Shown one piece after another: positions 9,181 through 19,046 of a stretch of DNA of 64,000 nt. The notes beneath the pieces were generated by a model. It was given only the letters and a program-made list of their open reading frames with translations, did not search any database and was not told the origin of the DNA. A program made the position numbers and the translations under genes. Position 1 is the first letter of the stretch, and each line of letters starts with the position of its first letter. The stretch is from the NCBI GenBank assembly GCA_000163695.1, contig GG774889.1, positions 520,042 through 584,041 on the forward strand, given 5' to 3'. The DNA comes from Bacteroidetes oral taxon 274 str. F0058 (lineage in GTDB: Bacteria; Bacteroidota; Bacteroidia; Bacteroidales; Paludibacteraceae).

Positions 9181-11160
9181 ATGAAAAGAGTTTTTCGAAA
9201 AATGATTATCGCCTTGTTGGCGATATTGTGGGGAGTCTCATCGGTACAGGCACAGAGTGTCAATATGGACCGTTACATTACCCTTACCGTAAAGCAGGGT
9301 GCAGCCGTGCTTATTAATATGGCTTCCAATGCGGCTAATACTCCTATAAAGATAGTAAGTGGCAGCGAAGAGTGGAATATAACCGTTGGTACTCTTTGGA
9401 CAGGGGTAAAGAGTTACACTGCCGGAGCCACCACTATGACGGTATATGGTGATGTTCTGAAATTCGACTGTAACGAGAATATGGAAGATCTTACAGGACT
9501 CGATGTAAGCCACAACGATCTGATGTCAAGTTTGGAATGTACCAATAATTCTCTTACCTCGCTCGACGTAAGTAAAAATGAAAAGCTTATATCACTCCAG
9601 TGTGCGGACAATTTTCTTACCACGCTTGACGTAAGCAGTTGTACTAATTTGAAAACTTTAAATTGCTTCAACAACAACCTTACCACGCTCGACGTAAGTA
9701 AAAATACGCAACTTAGGATAATTTACTGTTTCTCAAATAAACTTACTTCGCTCGACGTAAGTAAGAATACGCAACTGGTGATACTTAATTGTCAAGGTAA
9801 TAAGTTCACAACCGAAACCCTTGATGACCTTTTCTGCTCGTTGCCGCAAAGGAAAGGGTTGCTGACAGGGAGAATAGCGCCCGTTACGAGCTCCTCTTCG
9901 CCCGACAACAGTATGGTGCTTGCCACTAACGGCAATAATGCCACTGCTAAGAATTGGAAAGTCGTATACTATGCCAACAATGCCCCAATTACAGGCTTTA
10001 CCGGCACGAAACAGTGTGAAGGCGGTAGCAATGTCAATATGGACCGTTACATTACGATGTCGGTTACTGAGGGCGACAGTATCAAACTCGATATCTCTGC
10101 CGATGTTGCTGGTACTCAGGTGAAAATATCGAGTGGAGGCGAAGAACAAATCATAACCGTAGGTACCGCCTGGACAGATACTAAAAAGTATGCTGCCAAA
10201 GCCGGAACTATGACTGTCTACGGTAATGTAAATCGATTCAACTGCGGCAAAAACGGTAAAAAAATAACCGGACTTGACATAAGCCACAATACACAACTTA
10301 ACTTATTGTTTTGCGAAGAAAATGATATTCCTTCTCTGGATATAAGTAAAAATACACATTTGGAGTTTCTGGAGTGCTACGACAACAAGATACCTTCATT
10401 AAACTTAAAAAACAGCCCGAAACTGTCGAGATTGAGCTGCTACAGAAATTCCCTTTCTACGCTCGATGTGAGCAATAATACGCTGCTGACATTCTTGAGC
10501 TGTCATACCAATAAACTTACTTCGCTTGACGTGAGCAAAAACACTAATTTGCAAATTCTAAATTGCAGATCGAACCAACTGACTTCGCTCGATGTAAGTA
10601 AAAATACTGAGTTGGAATGGTTGTATTGCTTTGACAACAAGCTATCTTCTCTTGATATAAGTAAGAATATTCATTTAAGTTCGTTGTATTGCTATGGCAA
10701 TAATTTTTCAACTGCTGTTCTCGATGACATTTACTGCTCGTTGCCCGACAGGAAAGGTAAAGACGGAGGTAAAATAGACCCTGCATACAATGCTTCCTCT
10801 CCTGATAAAGATAAAGTACTCGCCTCCAATGGCAACAATGCTATAGCTCGTAACTGGAAAGTGCAATATTTCGAAGATGATTCCGATATTACAGGCTTTA
10901 CCGGCACACATCAGTGCGGAGGTGGTACGGGTATCGATGAAGCGAAAGGCTTACCTGCGCTTGCCGTTTACCCCAATCCCGTCAAAGATATCCTGAATAT
11001 AATTTCCGATACCCCCGTCCACAGCATACGCATATACAACGTATACGGTACGGAAGTAGCCCACGCTACCGATACCAACAGTATCGACGTCTCTCATCTG
11101 CCCGCAGGCGTCTATATGGTGCGTGCCGACGGCAAGGTAACGAGGATTATTAAGGAATAA
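9181..11160 (+). CDS. secreted LRR protein with two modules and a T9SS (Por) C-terminal sorting domain
   Basis: Signal peptide ...SSVQAQ; the N-domain starting SVNMDRYITLTV occurs twice (second copy NVNMDRYITMSV). ~22-aa LRRs (L-TSLDVSKNTxLxxLxCxxNxL), Cys linker ...DDLFCSLPQRKG / ...HQCGGG, and C-terminal domain LAVYPNPVKDILNI...GVYMVRADGKVTRIIKE (Por_Secre_tail-like). Confidence 0.85.
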   Translation: MKRVFRKMIIALLAILWGVSSVQAQSVNMDRYITLTVKQGAAVLINMASNAANTPIKIVSGSEEWNITVGTLWTGVKSYTAGATTMTVYGDVLKFDCNENMEDLTGLDVSHNDLMSSLECTNNSLTSLDVSKNEKLISLQCADNFLTTLDVSSCTNLKTLNCFNNNLTTLDVSKNTQLRIIYCFSNKLTSLDVSKNTQLVILNCQGNKFTTETLDDLFCSLPQRKGLLTGRIAPVTSSSSPDNSMVLATNGNNATAKNWKVVYYANNAPITGFTGTKQCEGGSNVNMDRYITMSVTEGDSIKLDISADVAGTQVKISSGGEEQIITVGTAWTDTKKYAAKAGTMTVYGNVNRFNCGKNGKKITGLDISHNTQLNLLFCEENDIPSLDISKNTHLEFLECYDNKIPSLNLKNSPKLSRLSCYRNSLSTLDVSNNTLLTFLSCHTNKLTSLDVSKNTNLQILNCRSNQLTSLDVSKNTELEWLYCFDNKLSSLDISKNIHLSSLYCYGNNFSTAVLDDIYCSLPDRKGKDGGKIDPAYNASSPDKDKVLASNGNNAIARNWKVQYFEDDSDITGFTGTHQCGGGTGIDEAKGLPALAVYPNPVKDILNIISDTPVHSIRIYNVYGTEVAHATDTNSIDVSHLPAGVYMVRADGKVTRIIKE

Positions 11161-11166
11161 ACATAC

Positions 11167-11200
11167 TGTTAAATCGTTCAGTCGTTGAATTGTTTAACTG
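11167..11200 (+). promoter_or_regulatory. conserved 3'-UTR palindromic element (copy 1 of 10)
   Basis: CTGTTAAATCGTTCAGTCGTTGAATTGTTTAACTG lies directly after the stop codon. A variant of the consensus CTGTTTAAgCGTTCAATCGTTGAACTGTTTAACTG sits at the same place after every array gene. Confidence 0.6.
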
Positions 11201-11215
11201 ATTTTGATAAAAAAA

Positions 11216-11254
11216 CGGGGAGTGGAGTTAGTACCGCTCCTCGTTTTATTTTTT
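11216..11254 (+). terminator. intrinsic terminator of LRR gene 1 (array consensus)
   Basis: CGGGGAGTGGAG...CCGCTCCTCG hairpin followed by TTTTATTTTTT. Near-identical hairpins follow array genes 2 and 6-10; those after genes 3-5 have divergent sequences. Confidence 0.75.
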
Positions 11255-11321
11255 GCGTTGTCTTGGAGAACATTGCGGTTGGTTTTTGTTAAAATAACTT
11301 TCATAATTTTAGCTTTTTTAT

Positions 11322-11329
11322 TAACTTTG
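11322..11329 (+). promoter_or_regulatory. -7 promoter motif TAACTTTG for LRR gene 2
   Basis: The same motif recurs at 14561, 17137, 19002 (TACCTTTG), 20856 (TAATTTTG), 23468, 24674, 27768 (TAACTTCG) and 29277. Confidence 0.55.
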
Positions 11330-11416
11330 CCGCTGCTAAAAAAAATTGAGATTTAAAAAGCGAGTAGTCGAAACACGAATAGTTAGTTTTATTAATCAAA
11401 TAAATATTTACAAAAG

Positions 11417-14362
11417 ATGAAAAGTGTTTTTCAAAAATGTCTTATCGCTCTTTTGGCGATATTGTGGTGTGTCTCCTTGGTGCAGGCACAGAGTGTCAAT
11501 ATGTCTCGTTACATTACGCTGACTGTCGAGAAAGGAGCGGATATATTGCTTGATATTGCTGCCGATGCGGCTAATACTCCTATAAAGATAGTAAGTGGCG
11601 ACAAAGAACAGACTATAACCGTTGGTACGTCGTGGACAGGGGTAAAGAGTTATGCCGCAGGAGATGCTACTATGACGGTCTATGGCGATGCACTGAAGTT
11701 GGATTGCAGTAAAAACGGTGCAAAAGTTACAGGTTTGAATACAAGCAGCAATGCACAATTGCAATTGTTGTTTTGCTACAAAGACTCTATTAGCTCGCTC
11801 GACCTAAGTAATAATGAAGAGCTGAAAAGCTTGCATTGCTTTGGCGACAAACTCACTTCGCTCGATGTAAGTAAAAATAAACAGTTGCAGTGGTTGAAAT
11901 GCCACGACAACCGACTTACCACTATCGACGTAAGCCATAATACGCAATTAAAATATATGACTTGCTATGGCAACGATTTTACTACTGCGGCTTTGGATAA
12001 TATTTATTGCTTATTACCCGACAGGACAGGACAAAAGGCAGGAGAAATACAGCCGTTGCTAAATGCCTCGTCTTCAGAGAAAAACAAGGTACTCGCTACC
12101 AACGGTAACAATGCCATTGCCCGAAACTGGAAAGTGCAGTACTCTCAGAATAGTTCCGTGATAACAGGCTTCACGGGCACTAAGCAGTGTGGCGGCAGTA
12201 GCGGTGTCAATATGGACAGATACATTACTCTGACTGTCGTATCGGGCGAAGAAATCAATCTGAATTTTTTTGCCGATGCCGATAATACGCCGATAAAAAT
12301 AGTGAGTGGTACCAAAGAACAAACCATAACCGTAGGTGCTTCGTGGACAGGTATGAATAAATACATTACTGACGGCAGTACTATGACGGTTTATGGGAAT
12401 GTCCAAAAATTCAGTTGCGGAGGCAATGGAAAGAATATAACGGGGCTTGATGTAAGCCACAATTCGCAATTGACCATATTATATTGCGATAAAAACGCTA
12501 TTATCTCGCTTAATGTAAGCGGCAATACGGAGTTAAAAAATTTAGATTGTAAAGAGAACGCTATTGCATCTCTCGATTTAAGTAACTGCAAACAGTTGAA
12601 GTGGGTATATTGTAACAAAAATGCTCTTACTTCGCTCAACGTAAGTAAATGTGAACAGTTGGAACTGTTGAAATGCTATGAGAATAAACTTACTTCTCTT
12701 GATGTTGGTAATAATGCTATGTTGAAGATGTTATATTGCGAAGAAAATGCTCTTACATCTCTCGACGTAAGCCGCAATACAGAGTTGATAAGCCTGTATT
12801 GTCAACAAAACTCTATTTCTTCCCTTAACTTGGGTGGTAACACAAAGTTGCGAATATTGTTTTGTTACGAAAATGCTCTTAACTCACTCGATGTAAGTAA
12901 ATGTACACAGTTGGAATGGTTGTATTGTGCGGATAATCCTATTTCTACTCTCGACATAAGTCATAATAAGCATTTAAGTACATTGTATTGCTATGGCAAC
13001 AACTTTACTACTGCCGCCCTCGATGATATTTACTGCTCGCTACCCGACAGGAAAGGCAAGAGCAAAGGGGATATAGCTCCTCTGCTAAATGCTTCGTCTG
13101 TCGACAAAAGCAAGGTGCTTGCTACCAATGGCAACAATGCCGCTGTTAGGGGTTGGAAGGCAATATATTACGAAGGCAACTCGGAGATTACAGGCTTTAC
13201 CGGTACTAAACAGTGTGGCGGCGGTAGCGGTGTCAATATGGACAGATACATTACGCTGACCGTCGATAAAGGTAAGGAAATATTTCTAAGCGTCTATGCC
13301 TCCGCAGATAATACTCCTATAAAAATAGTTAGCGGCGACAAAGAGTATACCTTCAATACAGGCGCCGGCTGGACAAAAATGAGCAAATACACTGCCGGAG
13401 CCGGTACTATGACAATCTACGGTAATGTATGGCAATTCAACTGTCGTGATAATGCCGCAAATATTACGGGCTTGGATGCGAGCCACAATGCAGAATTACA
13501 GACATTGATATGTAATAATAATGCTATTGCCTCACTCAATGTAAGCGGCAATACGGACTTGATAGGTCTATACTGTCTGGGTAATGCTCTGACAACGCTC
13601 GATGTGAGCAAAAATATGAAATTGGCGAATTTGTATTGCTATGAAAATTCACTTACTACCCTCGATATAGGCAACAATACGGAGTTGGCTTTTCTGGATT
13701 GCCGCTCGAACAAACTCACCTCTCTCGACGTTAGCAAGAATAAGAAGCTGAAGACGCTCGATTGTCGCTCCAATAAGCTTACCGCAATTGATTTAAGTAA
13801 CAATACGGAGTTGGAAAGTTTCCATTGTTCCGAAAACGCTCTTTCTACGCTCGACCTGAGCCACAATTCCGAATTAAATTCGTTGTATTGCTACGGCAAC
13901 AACTTTACTACTGCTGCCCTTGACGACATTTACTGCTCTCTGCCAAACAGAGGCGGACAAGCAATAATAGGGTTGATACAACCTCTACTCAATGCTTCGT
14001 CGCCCGATAAAGACAAAGTGCTTGCTACCAACGGCAACAATGCCGCTACTAAAAACTGGGCTCTGACTTATTATGAAAATGATGCCGAGATTACGGGCTT
14101 TACCGGCACACATCAGTGCGGAGGCGGTACAGGCATCGACGAAACTAAAGACTTACTCTCACTTGCCGTCTACCCGAACCCCGTCAAAGACATTCTGAAT
14201 ATAGCTACCGACAAACCCGTACACAACATACGCATATACAACGTATACGGCACGGAAGTAGCCCACGCAACCGATACGAACAGTATCAATGTATCGCACC
14301 TGCCCGCAGGTGTATATATGGTGCGTGCCGACGGTAAGGTAGCAAGGATAATCAAGGAATAA
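11417..14362 (+). CDS. secreted LRR protein with three modules and a T9SS C-terminal domain
   Basis: 981 aa; the N-domain motif GVNMDRYITLTV restarts near nt 12200 and 13222; three LRR blocks, each followed by the linker YCxLPDR.G...ATNGNNA...ITGFTGTxQCGG; C-terminal domain identical in type to gene 1. Confidence 0.85.
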   Translation: MKSVFQKCLIALLAILWCVSLVQAQSVNMSRYITLTVEKGADILLDIAADAANTPIKIVSGDKEQTITVGTSWTGVKSYAAGDATMTVYGDALKLDCSKNGAKVTGLNTSSNAQLQLLFCYKDSISSLDLSNNEELKSLHCFGDKLTSLDVSKNKQLQWLKCHDNRLTTIDVSHNTQLKYMTCYGNDFTTAALDNIYCLLPDRTGQKAGEIQPLLNASSSEKNKVLATNGNNAIARNWKVQYSQNSSVITGFTGTKQCGGSSGVNMDRYITLTVVSGEEINLNFFADADNTPIKIVSGTKEQTITVGASWTGMNKYITDGSTMTVYGNVQKFSCGGNGKNITGLDVSHNSQLTILYCDKNAIISLNVSGNTELKNLDCKENAIASLDLSNCKQLKWVYCNKNALTSLNVSKCEQLELLKCYENKLTSLDVGNNAMLKMLYCEENALTSLDVSRNTELISLYCQQNSISSLNLGGNTKLRILFCYENALNSLDVSKCTQLEWLYCADNPISTLDISHNKHLSTLYCYGNNFTTAALDDIYCSLPDRKGKSKGDIAPLLNASSVDKSKVLATNGNNAAVRGWKAIYYEGNSEITGFTGTKQCGGGSGVNMDRYITLTVDKGKEIFLSVYASADNTPIKIVSGDKEYTFNTGAGWTKMSKYTAGAGTMTIYGNVWQFNCRDNAANITGLDASHNAELQTLICNNNAIASLNVSGNTDLIGLYCLGNALTTLDVSKNMKLANLYCYENSLTTLDIGNNTELAFLDCRSNKLTSLDVSKNKKLKTLDCRSNKLTAIDLSNNTELESFHCSENALSTLDLSHNSELNSLYCYGNNFTTAALDDIYCSLPNRGGQAIIGLIQPLLNASSPDKDKVLATNGNNAATKNWALTYYENDAEITGFTGTHQCGGGTGIDETKDLLSLAVYPNPVKDILNIATDKPVHNIRIYNVYGTEVAHATDTNSINVSHLPAGVYMVRADGKVARIIKE

Positions 14363-14416
14363 TACTGTTTAAGCGTTCAATCGTTGAACTGTTTAACTGA
14401 TGTTTTCATTAAAAAA

Positions 14417-14448
14417 CGGGGAGTGGAGTTGATACCGCTCCTCGTTTT
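14417..14448 (+). terminator. intrinsic terminator of LRR gene 2
   Basis: AACGGGGAGTGGAGTTGATACCGCTCCTCGTTTT. Confidence 0.7.
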
Positions 14449-14656
14449 GTGATTTGCGTTGTCTTGGCGGACATTACGGCTCGTTTTTTACTCTGATGTT
14501 TACCTACTTAAACTATATGATTTTTTGTCGAAATAATTTTCATAATTTAAGCTTTTTTATTAACTTTGCGCCGCTGCTAAAAAAATTGAGATTTAAAAAG
14601 CGAGCAGTCGAAACACGAATAGTTAGTTTTATTAATCAAATAAATTTTTAAAAAAG

Positions 14657-16951
14657 ATGAAAAGTGTTTTTCAAAAATGTCTTATCGCCCTCTTGGCGAT
14701 ATTGTGGGGTGTCTCATCGGTGCAGGCACAGAGTGTCAATATGTCTCGTTACATCACGATGACCGTGAAAAGCGGAGAGAACATAGAACTTGACTTCTCG
14801 GGAGACGCTGACGGTACGCAGGTGAAAATAGTTAGCGGTGCCCAAGAGCAAACCGTAACGGTAGGTACCTCTTGGATAGGTCCTCAAAGGTATACAGCCG
14901 GAGCGGGTACTATGACTGTCTACGGCAATGTATCGAAGTTTAATTGCAATAGTAACGTTGCAAAAATCACAGGACTCGATGTAAGCCACAATTCGGAGTT
15001 GAAAAGTTTGCTGTGTTACAAAAACAAACTCTCGTCGCTCGATGTAAGCAAATGCGGAAAACTGACGGAGCTGGATTGCGGTATTAATTCTCTTACCTCG
15101 CTGAATTTAAGTGGCTGCGGAGAATTGATTGAATTAGATTGTTCGAGCAATAGCCTCACCTCGCTGGACGTAACTCGCAATACGAAATTGACGGATTTGA
15201 GTTGCTACGACAATAAACTTACCTCGATAGATGTAAGCAAAAATACTCAATTGATACTTTTTAGTTGCAGCCTCAACTCTATTGCCTCGCTTGATGTAAA
15301 GAACAATACCAAGTTGGAAGAGTTTTTCTGCCATAGCAATTCGCTCACCTCTCTCGACATAAGTAGCAATACGAGATTGGTAAGGTTGAATTGCAGTAAC
15401 AACAAAATCGAATCGCTCGATTTAAGCAATAATATGAAATTGCAATTTCTCTTTTGCTTTGCCAATTCGCTTACTTCGCTCAAATTTAACCCCGATTCGA
15501 AGTTAAATTCGTTGTATTGCTATGACAATAAATTTACCACTGCCGCTCTCGACGATATTTATTGCTCGCTGCCCGACAGAAAAGGGGTAACCGCAGGAGT
15601 GATGCAACCCTTACATGATGCTTCGTCGCCCGACAAAGATATAGTACTTGCTACCAACGGCAGCAATGCTACTTCCAAAAATTGGAAGATTCTGTATTTT
15701 AAGGATTTTACCGACATTAAGGGCTTTACCGGCACTAAACAGTGTGGCGGAGGTAGCGGTGTCAATATGGAGCGTTACATAACGTTTGCCGTAAAGAAAG
15801 GAGCAAAAATAGAAATCGATTTTGCGGCAGACGAAGAAAACACACCAGTTAAGATAGTGAGCGGTACAACCGACCAGACCATAACCGTAGGTATCGACTG
15901 GGTAGGGTCGATGGATTATGTAGCCGGTGACGCTACTATGACAGTATATGGTAATGTGCGTAGAGTAGACTGCAACGAGAATAAGGGAAATATAACCGCC
16001 CTCGATGCAAGCCACAACGTACCACTTGCGTATATCAATTGCGACAACAACTCTATCTCATCGCTCAATGTGAGCAAAAATACGCAATTGAGTGCACTGT
16101 ACTGTTCCGATAACTCTCTTTCTACGCTCGATGTGAGCAATAACGGACAGCTGGAGTATCTCAACTGTTATAACAACAAGCTTACACAGCTCGACTTGAA
16201 AAATAATACGAAACTGACATTCTTGAACTGCGGTAGAAATACTATCTCTTCGCTCGATTTAAGTAAAAATACGCAATTGAGCATATTGTACTGTAATGAT
16301 AATAAACTTACTTCGCTCGGTATCGACCATAATATCCTTTTGAAGAGTTTTGGTTGTAACAACAACTTGCTCTCGTCTCTCGATGTGAGCAAAAATACAC
16401 AATTGGATATACTGTATTGCTACACCAATCGTCTCACTAAGCTCGATGTAAGCAAAAATACAAAATTGAAAAGATTGTATTGCCATACGAACAATTTTAC
16501 TACTGCCGCCCTCGATGATATTTACTGCTCGCTGCCCGACAGAAAAGGACAAACAGAGGGACAAATACAACCGTTGTTCAACGCCTCGTCTGCCGACAAA
16601 AGCAAGGTTCTTGCTACCAACGGCAACAACGCTATTGCCAAGGGATGGAAGATACAGTATTTCGAGAAAAACACCGATATTACGGGCTTTACGGGCACAC
16701 ATCAGTGCGGAGGCGGTACAGGTATCGATGAAGCGAAAGGCTTACCTGCGCTTGCCGTTTACCCCAATCCCGTAAAAGATGTCTTGAATATAGCTACCGA
16801 CAAACCGGTACACAGCATACGCATATACAATGTATACGGCACGGAAGTAGCCCACGCCACCGATACGAACAGTGTCAATGTATCACACCTACCCGCAGGT
16901 GTCTATATGGTGCGTGCCGACGGCAAGGTAGCAAGGATAATCAAGGAATAA
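14657..16951 (+). CDS. secreted LRR protein with two modules and a T9SS C-terminal domain
   Basis: 764 aa; the first 37 aa are identical to genes 2 and 8; second module starts at GVNMERYITFAV; C-terminal domain conserved. Confidence 0.85.
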   Translation: MKSVFQKCLIALLAILWGVSSVQAQSVNMSRYITMTVKSGENIELDFSGDADGTQVKIVSGAQEQTVTVGTSWIGPQRYTAGAGTMTVYGNVSKFNCNSNVAKITGLDVSHNSELKSLLCYKNKLSSLDVSKCGKLTELDCGINSLTSLNLSGCGELIELDCSSNSLTSLDVTRNTKLTDLSCYDNKLTSIDVSKNTQLILFSCSLNSIASLDVKNNTKLEEFFCHSNSLTSLDISSNTRLVRLNCSNNKIESLDLSNNMKLQFLFCFANSLTSLKFNPDSKLNSLYCYDNKFTTAALDDIYCSLPDRKGVTAGVMQPLHDASSPDKDIVLATNGSNATSKNWKILYFKDFTDIKGFTGTKQCGGGSGVNMERYITFAVKKGAKIEIDFAADEENTPVKIVSGTTDQTITVGIDWVGSMDYVAGDATMTVYGNVRRVDCNENKGNITALDASHNVPLAYINCDNNSISSLNVSKNTQLSALYCSDNSLSTLDVSNNGQLEYLNCYNNKLTQLDLKNNTKLTFLNCGRNTISSLDLSKNTQLSILYCNDNKLTSLGIDHNILLKSFGCNNNLLSSLDVSKNTQLDILYCYTNRLTKLDVSKNTKLKRLYCHTNNFTTAALDDIYCSLPDRKGQTEGQIQPLFNASSADKSKVLATNGNNAIAKGWKIQYFEKNTDITGFTGTHQCGGGTGIDEAKGLPALAVYPNPVKDVLNIATDKPVHSIRIYNVYGTEVAHATDTNSVNVSHLPAGVYMVRADGKVARIIKE

Positions 16952-17189
16952 TACTGTTTAAGCGTTTGATTGTATAATCGTTTAACTGAATTGTAAAACA
17001 AAAAGCGAGGAGCGGCACAATGCTGTTTCTCGTTTTTTATATTCTATCGAGTGTATCCGTAGTGGAGTAAGTTGTATCTATGCGGGAATATGTATGTGGG
17101 GTTGCAGTTATAGTTTTTACAAATTAATAAATTTACTAACTTTGCCGCCCCAAAAGATACTTATATTAATCAACAAATCTCATACAAAA

Positions 17190-18707
17190 ATGAATAGACT
17201 TTTTCGTAAGACAATTGTCGCCCTATTGGCGATAGTATGGAGTGCCTCATCGTTGCAGGCACAGGAAGTAAATATGTCCCGCTACATCACGCTGACGGTA
17301 AAGCAGGGTACAACCGTACATTTCGATATTTGGGCAGACGCTCCGAATACTCCCATAAAAGTGATAAGTGGCGATAAAGAGCGAGAAATAACCGCAGGTA
17401 CGGAATGGACAAGTATAAAAAACTACATTGCCGGAGCCGGTACTATGACGATTTACGGTAATGTACAGAAGTTTGATTGCGACGAGAATAAAGAAAAAAT
17501 TGTCGGTGTCGACCTAACCCACAATACAAAACTGACCGAGTTGGGTTGTTCGGGAAATCGTATTGCTACCCTCGATGTAAGCCAGAGCACACAGTTGGAA
17601 GCATTGTATTGTAGTGGCAATCGCCTTGCAGCTCTCGATGTTAGTAAAAATACGCAACTGAAAAGTTTGAACTGTTTCGATAATAGTCTTGCAGCTCTCG
17701 ATGTCAGTAAAAATACACTACTATTGTATTTGAACTGCGGCATAAACTCTATTACCTCCCTCGATGTGAGTCATAATACGGAATTGACGAATCTGTACTG
17801 TCATTCCAATCGTATTGCCTCGCTCGACGTCAGTAAAAATACGAAGTTGGTACAATTGCATTGCTTCGAAAACTCTATTGCATCACTCGACTTGAGCCGA
17901 AATACTGCATTGACTTTATTGTATTGCTACAAAAATGCTCTTACCTCGCTCGACCTAAGAAACAATACAAATGTCGAAAGATTGATTTGCTTCGAAAACT
18001 CTCTTACCTCACTCGACGTAAGTAATAGCAAGCAACTTACGCTCTTGAATTGCCACACAAACCGCCTTACGTCGCTCGACCTGAGCCACAACGCCAAACT
18101 GGGTAAGCTGAGTTGCTACAAAAATGCTCTTACGTCGCTCGATATGAGTAATAATCCGGAATTGGAATGGATATATTGTTTCGAAAACCCTCTTGCAGAG
18201 TTCAAATTAAGAAACAATATGCGTCTGAGGTCGTTGCATTGTTACGACAATAAACTCACTACCGCCGACTTAGACGATCTTTTCTGCTCGCTGCCCGATA
18301 GAAACGGACAGGCAGAGGGAAGGATAGGTATCCTCTTCAATGCGTCGTCTGCCGAGAATGCCAAAGTACTCGCCACCAACGGCAGAAACGCCGTTGCAAA
18401 AAACTGGACGGTACAGTATTACGAAGATAAATCGGAAATCAAGGGTTTCACAGGTAACCATCAGTGTACGACTACAGGCTTGGACGATATAAAAAACAAA
18501 CAGGACATATCCGTCTACCCGAACCCCGTAGAAGACGTCCTGAACATAACTTCCGACAAACCAGTGCACAGCATACGCTTATACAACGTGTACGGCACGG
18601 AGGTACTCCGAGCTGCCGATACGAACAGCGTCGACGTCTCTCATCTGCCCGCAGGCGTCTATATGGTGCGTGCCGACGGCAAGGTAGTGAGGGTAATCAA
18701 GAAATAA
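17190..18707 (+). CDS. secreted LRR protein with one module and a T9SS C-terminal domain
   Basis: Start taken at MNRLFRK (17190), where the signal peptide begins; the annotated 17094 start lies upstream of the -7 promoter motif at 17137. About 14 LRRs; C-terminal domain ISVYPNPVEDVLNITSDKPVHSIRLYNVYGTEVLRAADT... Confidence 0.8.
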   Translation: MNRLFRKTIVALLAIVWSASSLQAQEVNMSRYITLTVKQGTTVHFDIWADAPNTPIKVISGDKEREITAGTEWTSIKNYIAGAGTMTIYGNVQKFDCDENKEKIVGVDLTHNTKLTELGCSGNRIATLDVSQSTQLEALYCSGNRLAALDVSKNTQLKSLNCFDNSLAALDVSKNTLLLYLNCGINSITSLDVSHNTELTNLYCHSNRIASLDVSKNTKLVQLHCFENSIASLDLSRNTALTLLYCYKNALTSLDLRNNTNVERLICFENSLTSLDVSNSKQLTLLNCHTNRLTSLDLSHNAKLGKLSCYKNALTSLDMSNNPELEWIYCFENPLAEFKLRNNMRLRSLHCYDNKLTTADLDDLFCSLPDRNGQAEGRIGILFNASSAENAKVLATNGRNAVAKNWTVQYYEDKSEIKGFTGNHQCTTTGLDDIKNKQDISVYPNPVEDVLNITSDKPVHSIRLYNVYGTEVLRAADTNSVDVSHLPAGVYMVRADGKVVRVIKK

Positions 18708-19046
18708 AGTGCTTGTAAGGGGGGATTTGTATGTTTACCCTTTTATAAGATAAAATATGGGCGAGCCACATCGGTTCGCCTTTCTGTTATGCATATTTGT
18801 CGGAGTATATACAAGGGTATGGAGTGATATAAATAGGCTTACCGTTAGGTTTTGTTTGTCGTCCCAGTCTGTACGACTATTCTGCAAGATAATCTCTTGC
18901 TTTATAGGCATTTATGAGAGTGTTTGTGTTTGTGAATGGCTTGATATTAATATTCAATTGACACGTAGGGGTACATTCGAGGAATTTTTATTACCTTTGC
19001 CGCCCAAAAATAAATACTTTTATTTATCAACAAATCACATAAAAAA

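Noticed and set aside
17094-17189. Upstream in-frame extension of LRR gene 4 (MWGCSYSFYKLINL...)
   Set aside because: It lies upstream of the TAACTTTG promoter motif (17137-17144). The signal peptide begins at M17190, as in all paralogs.
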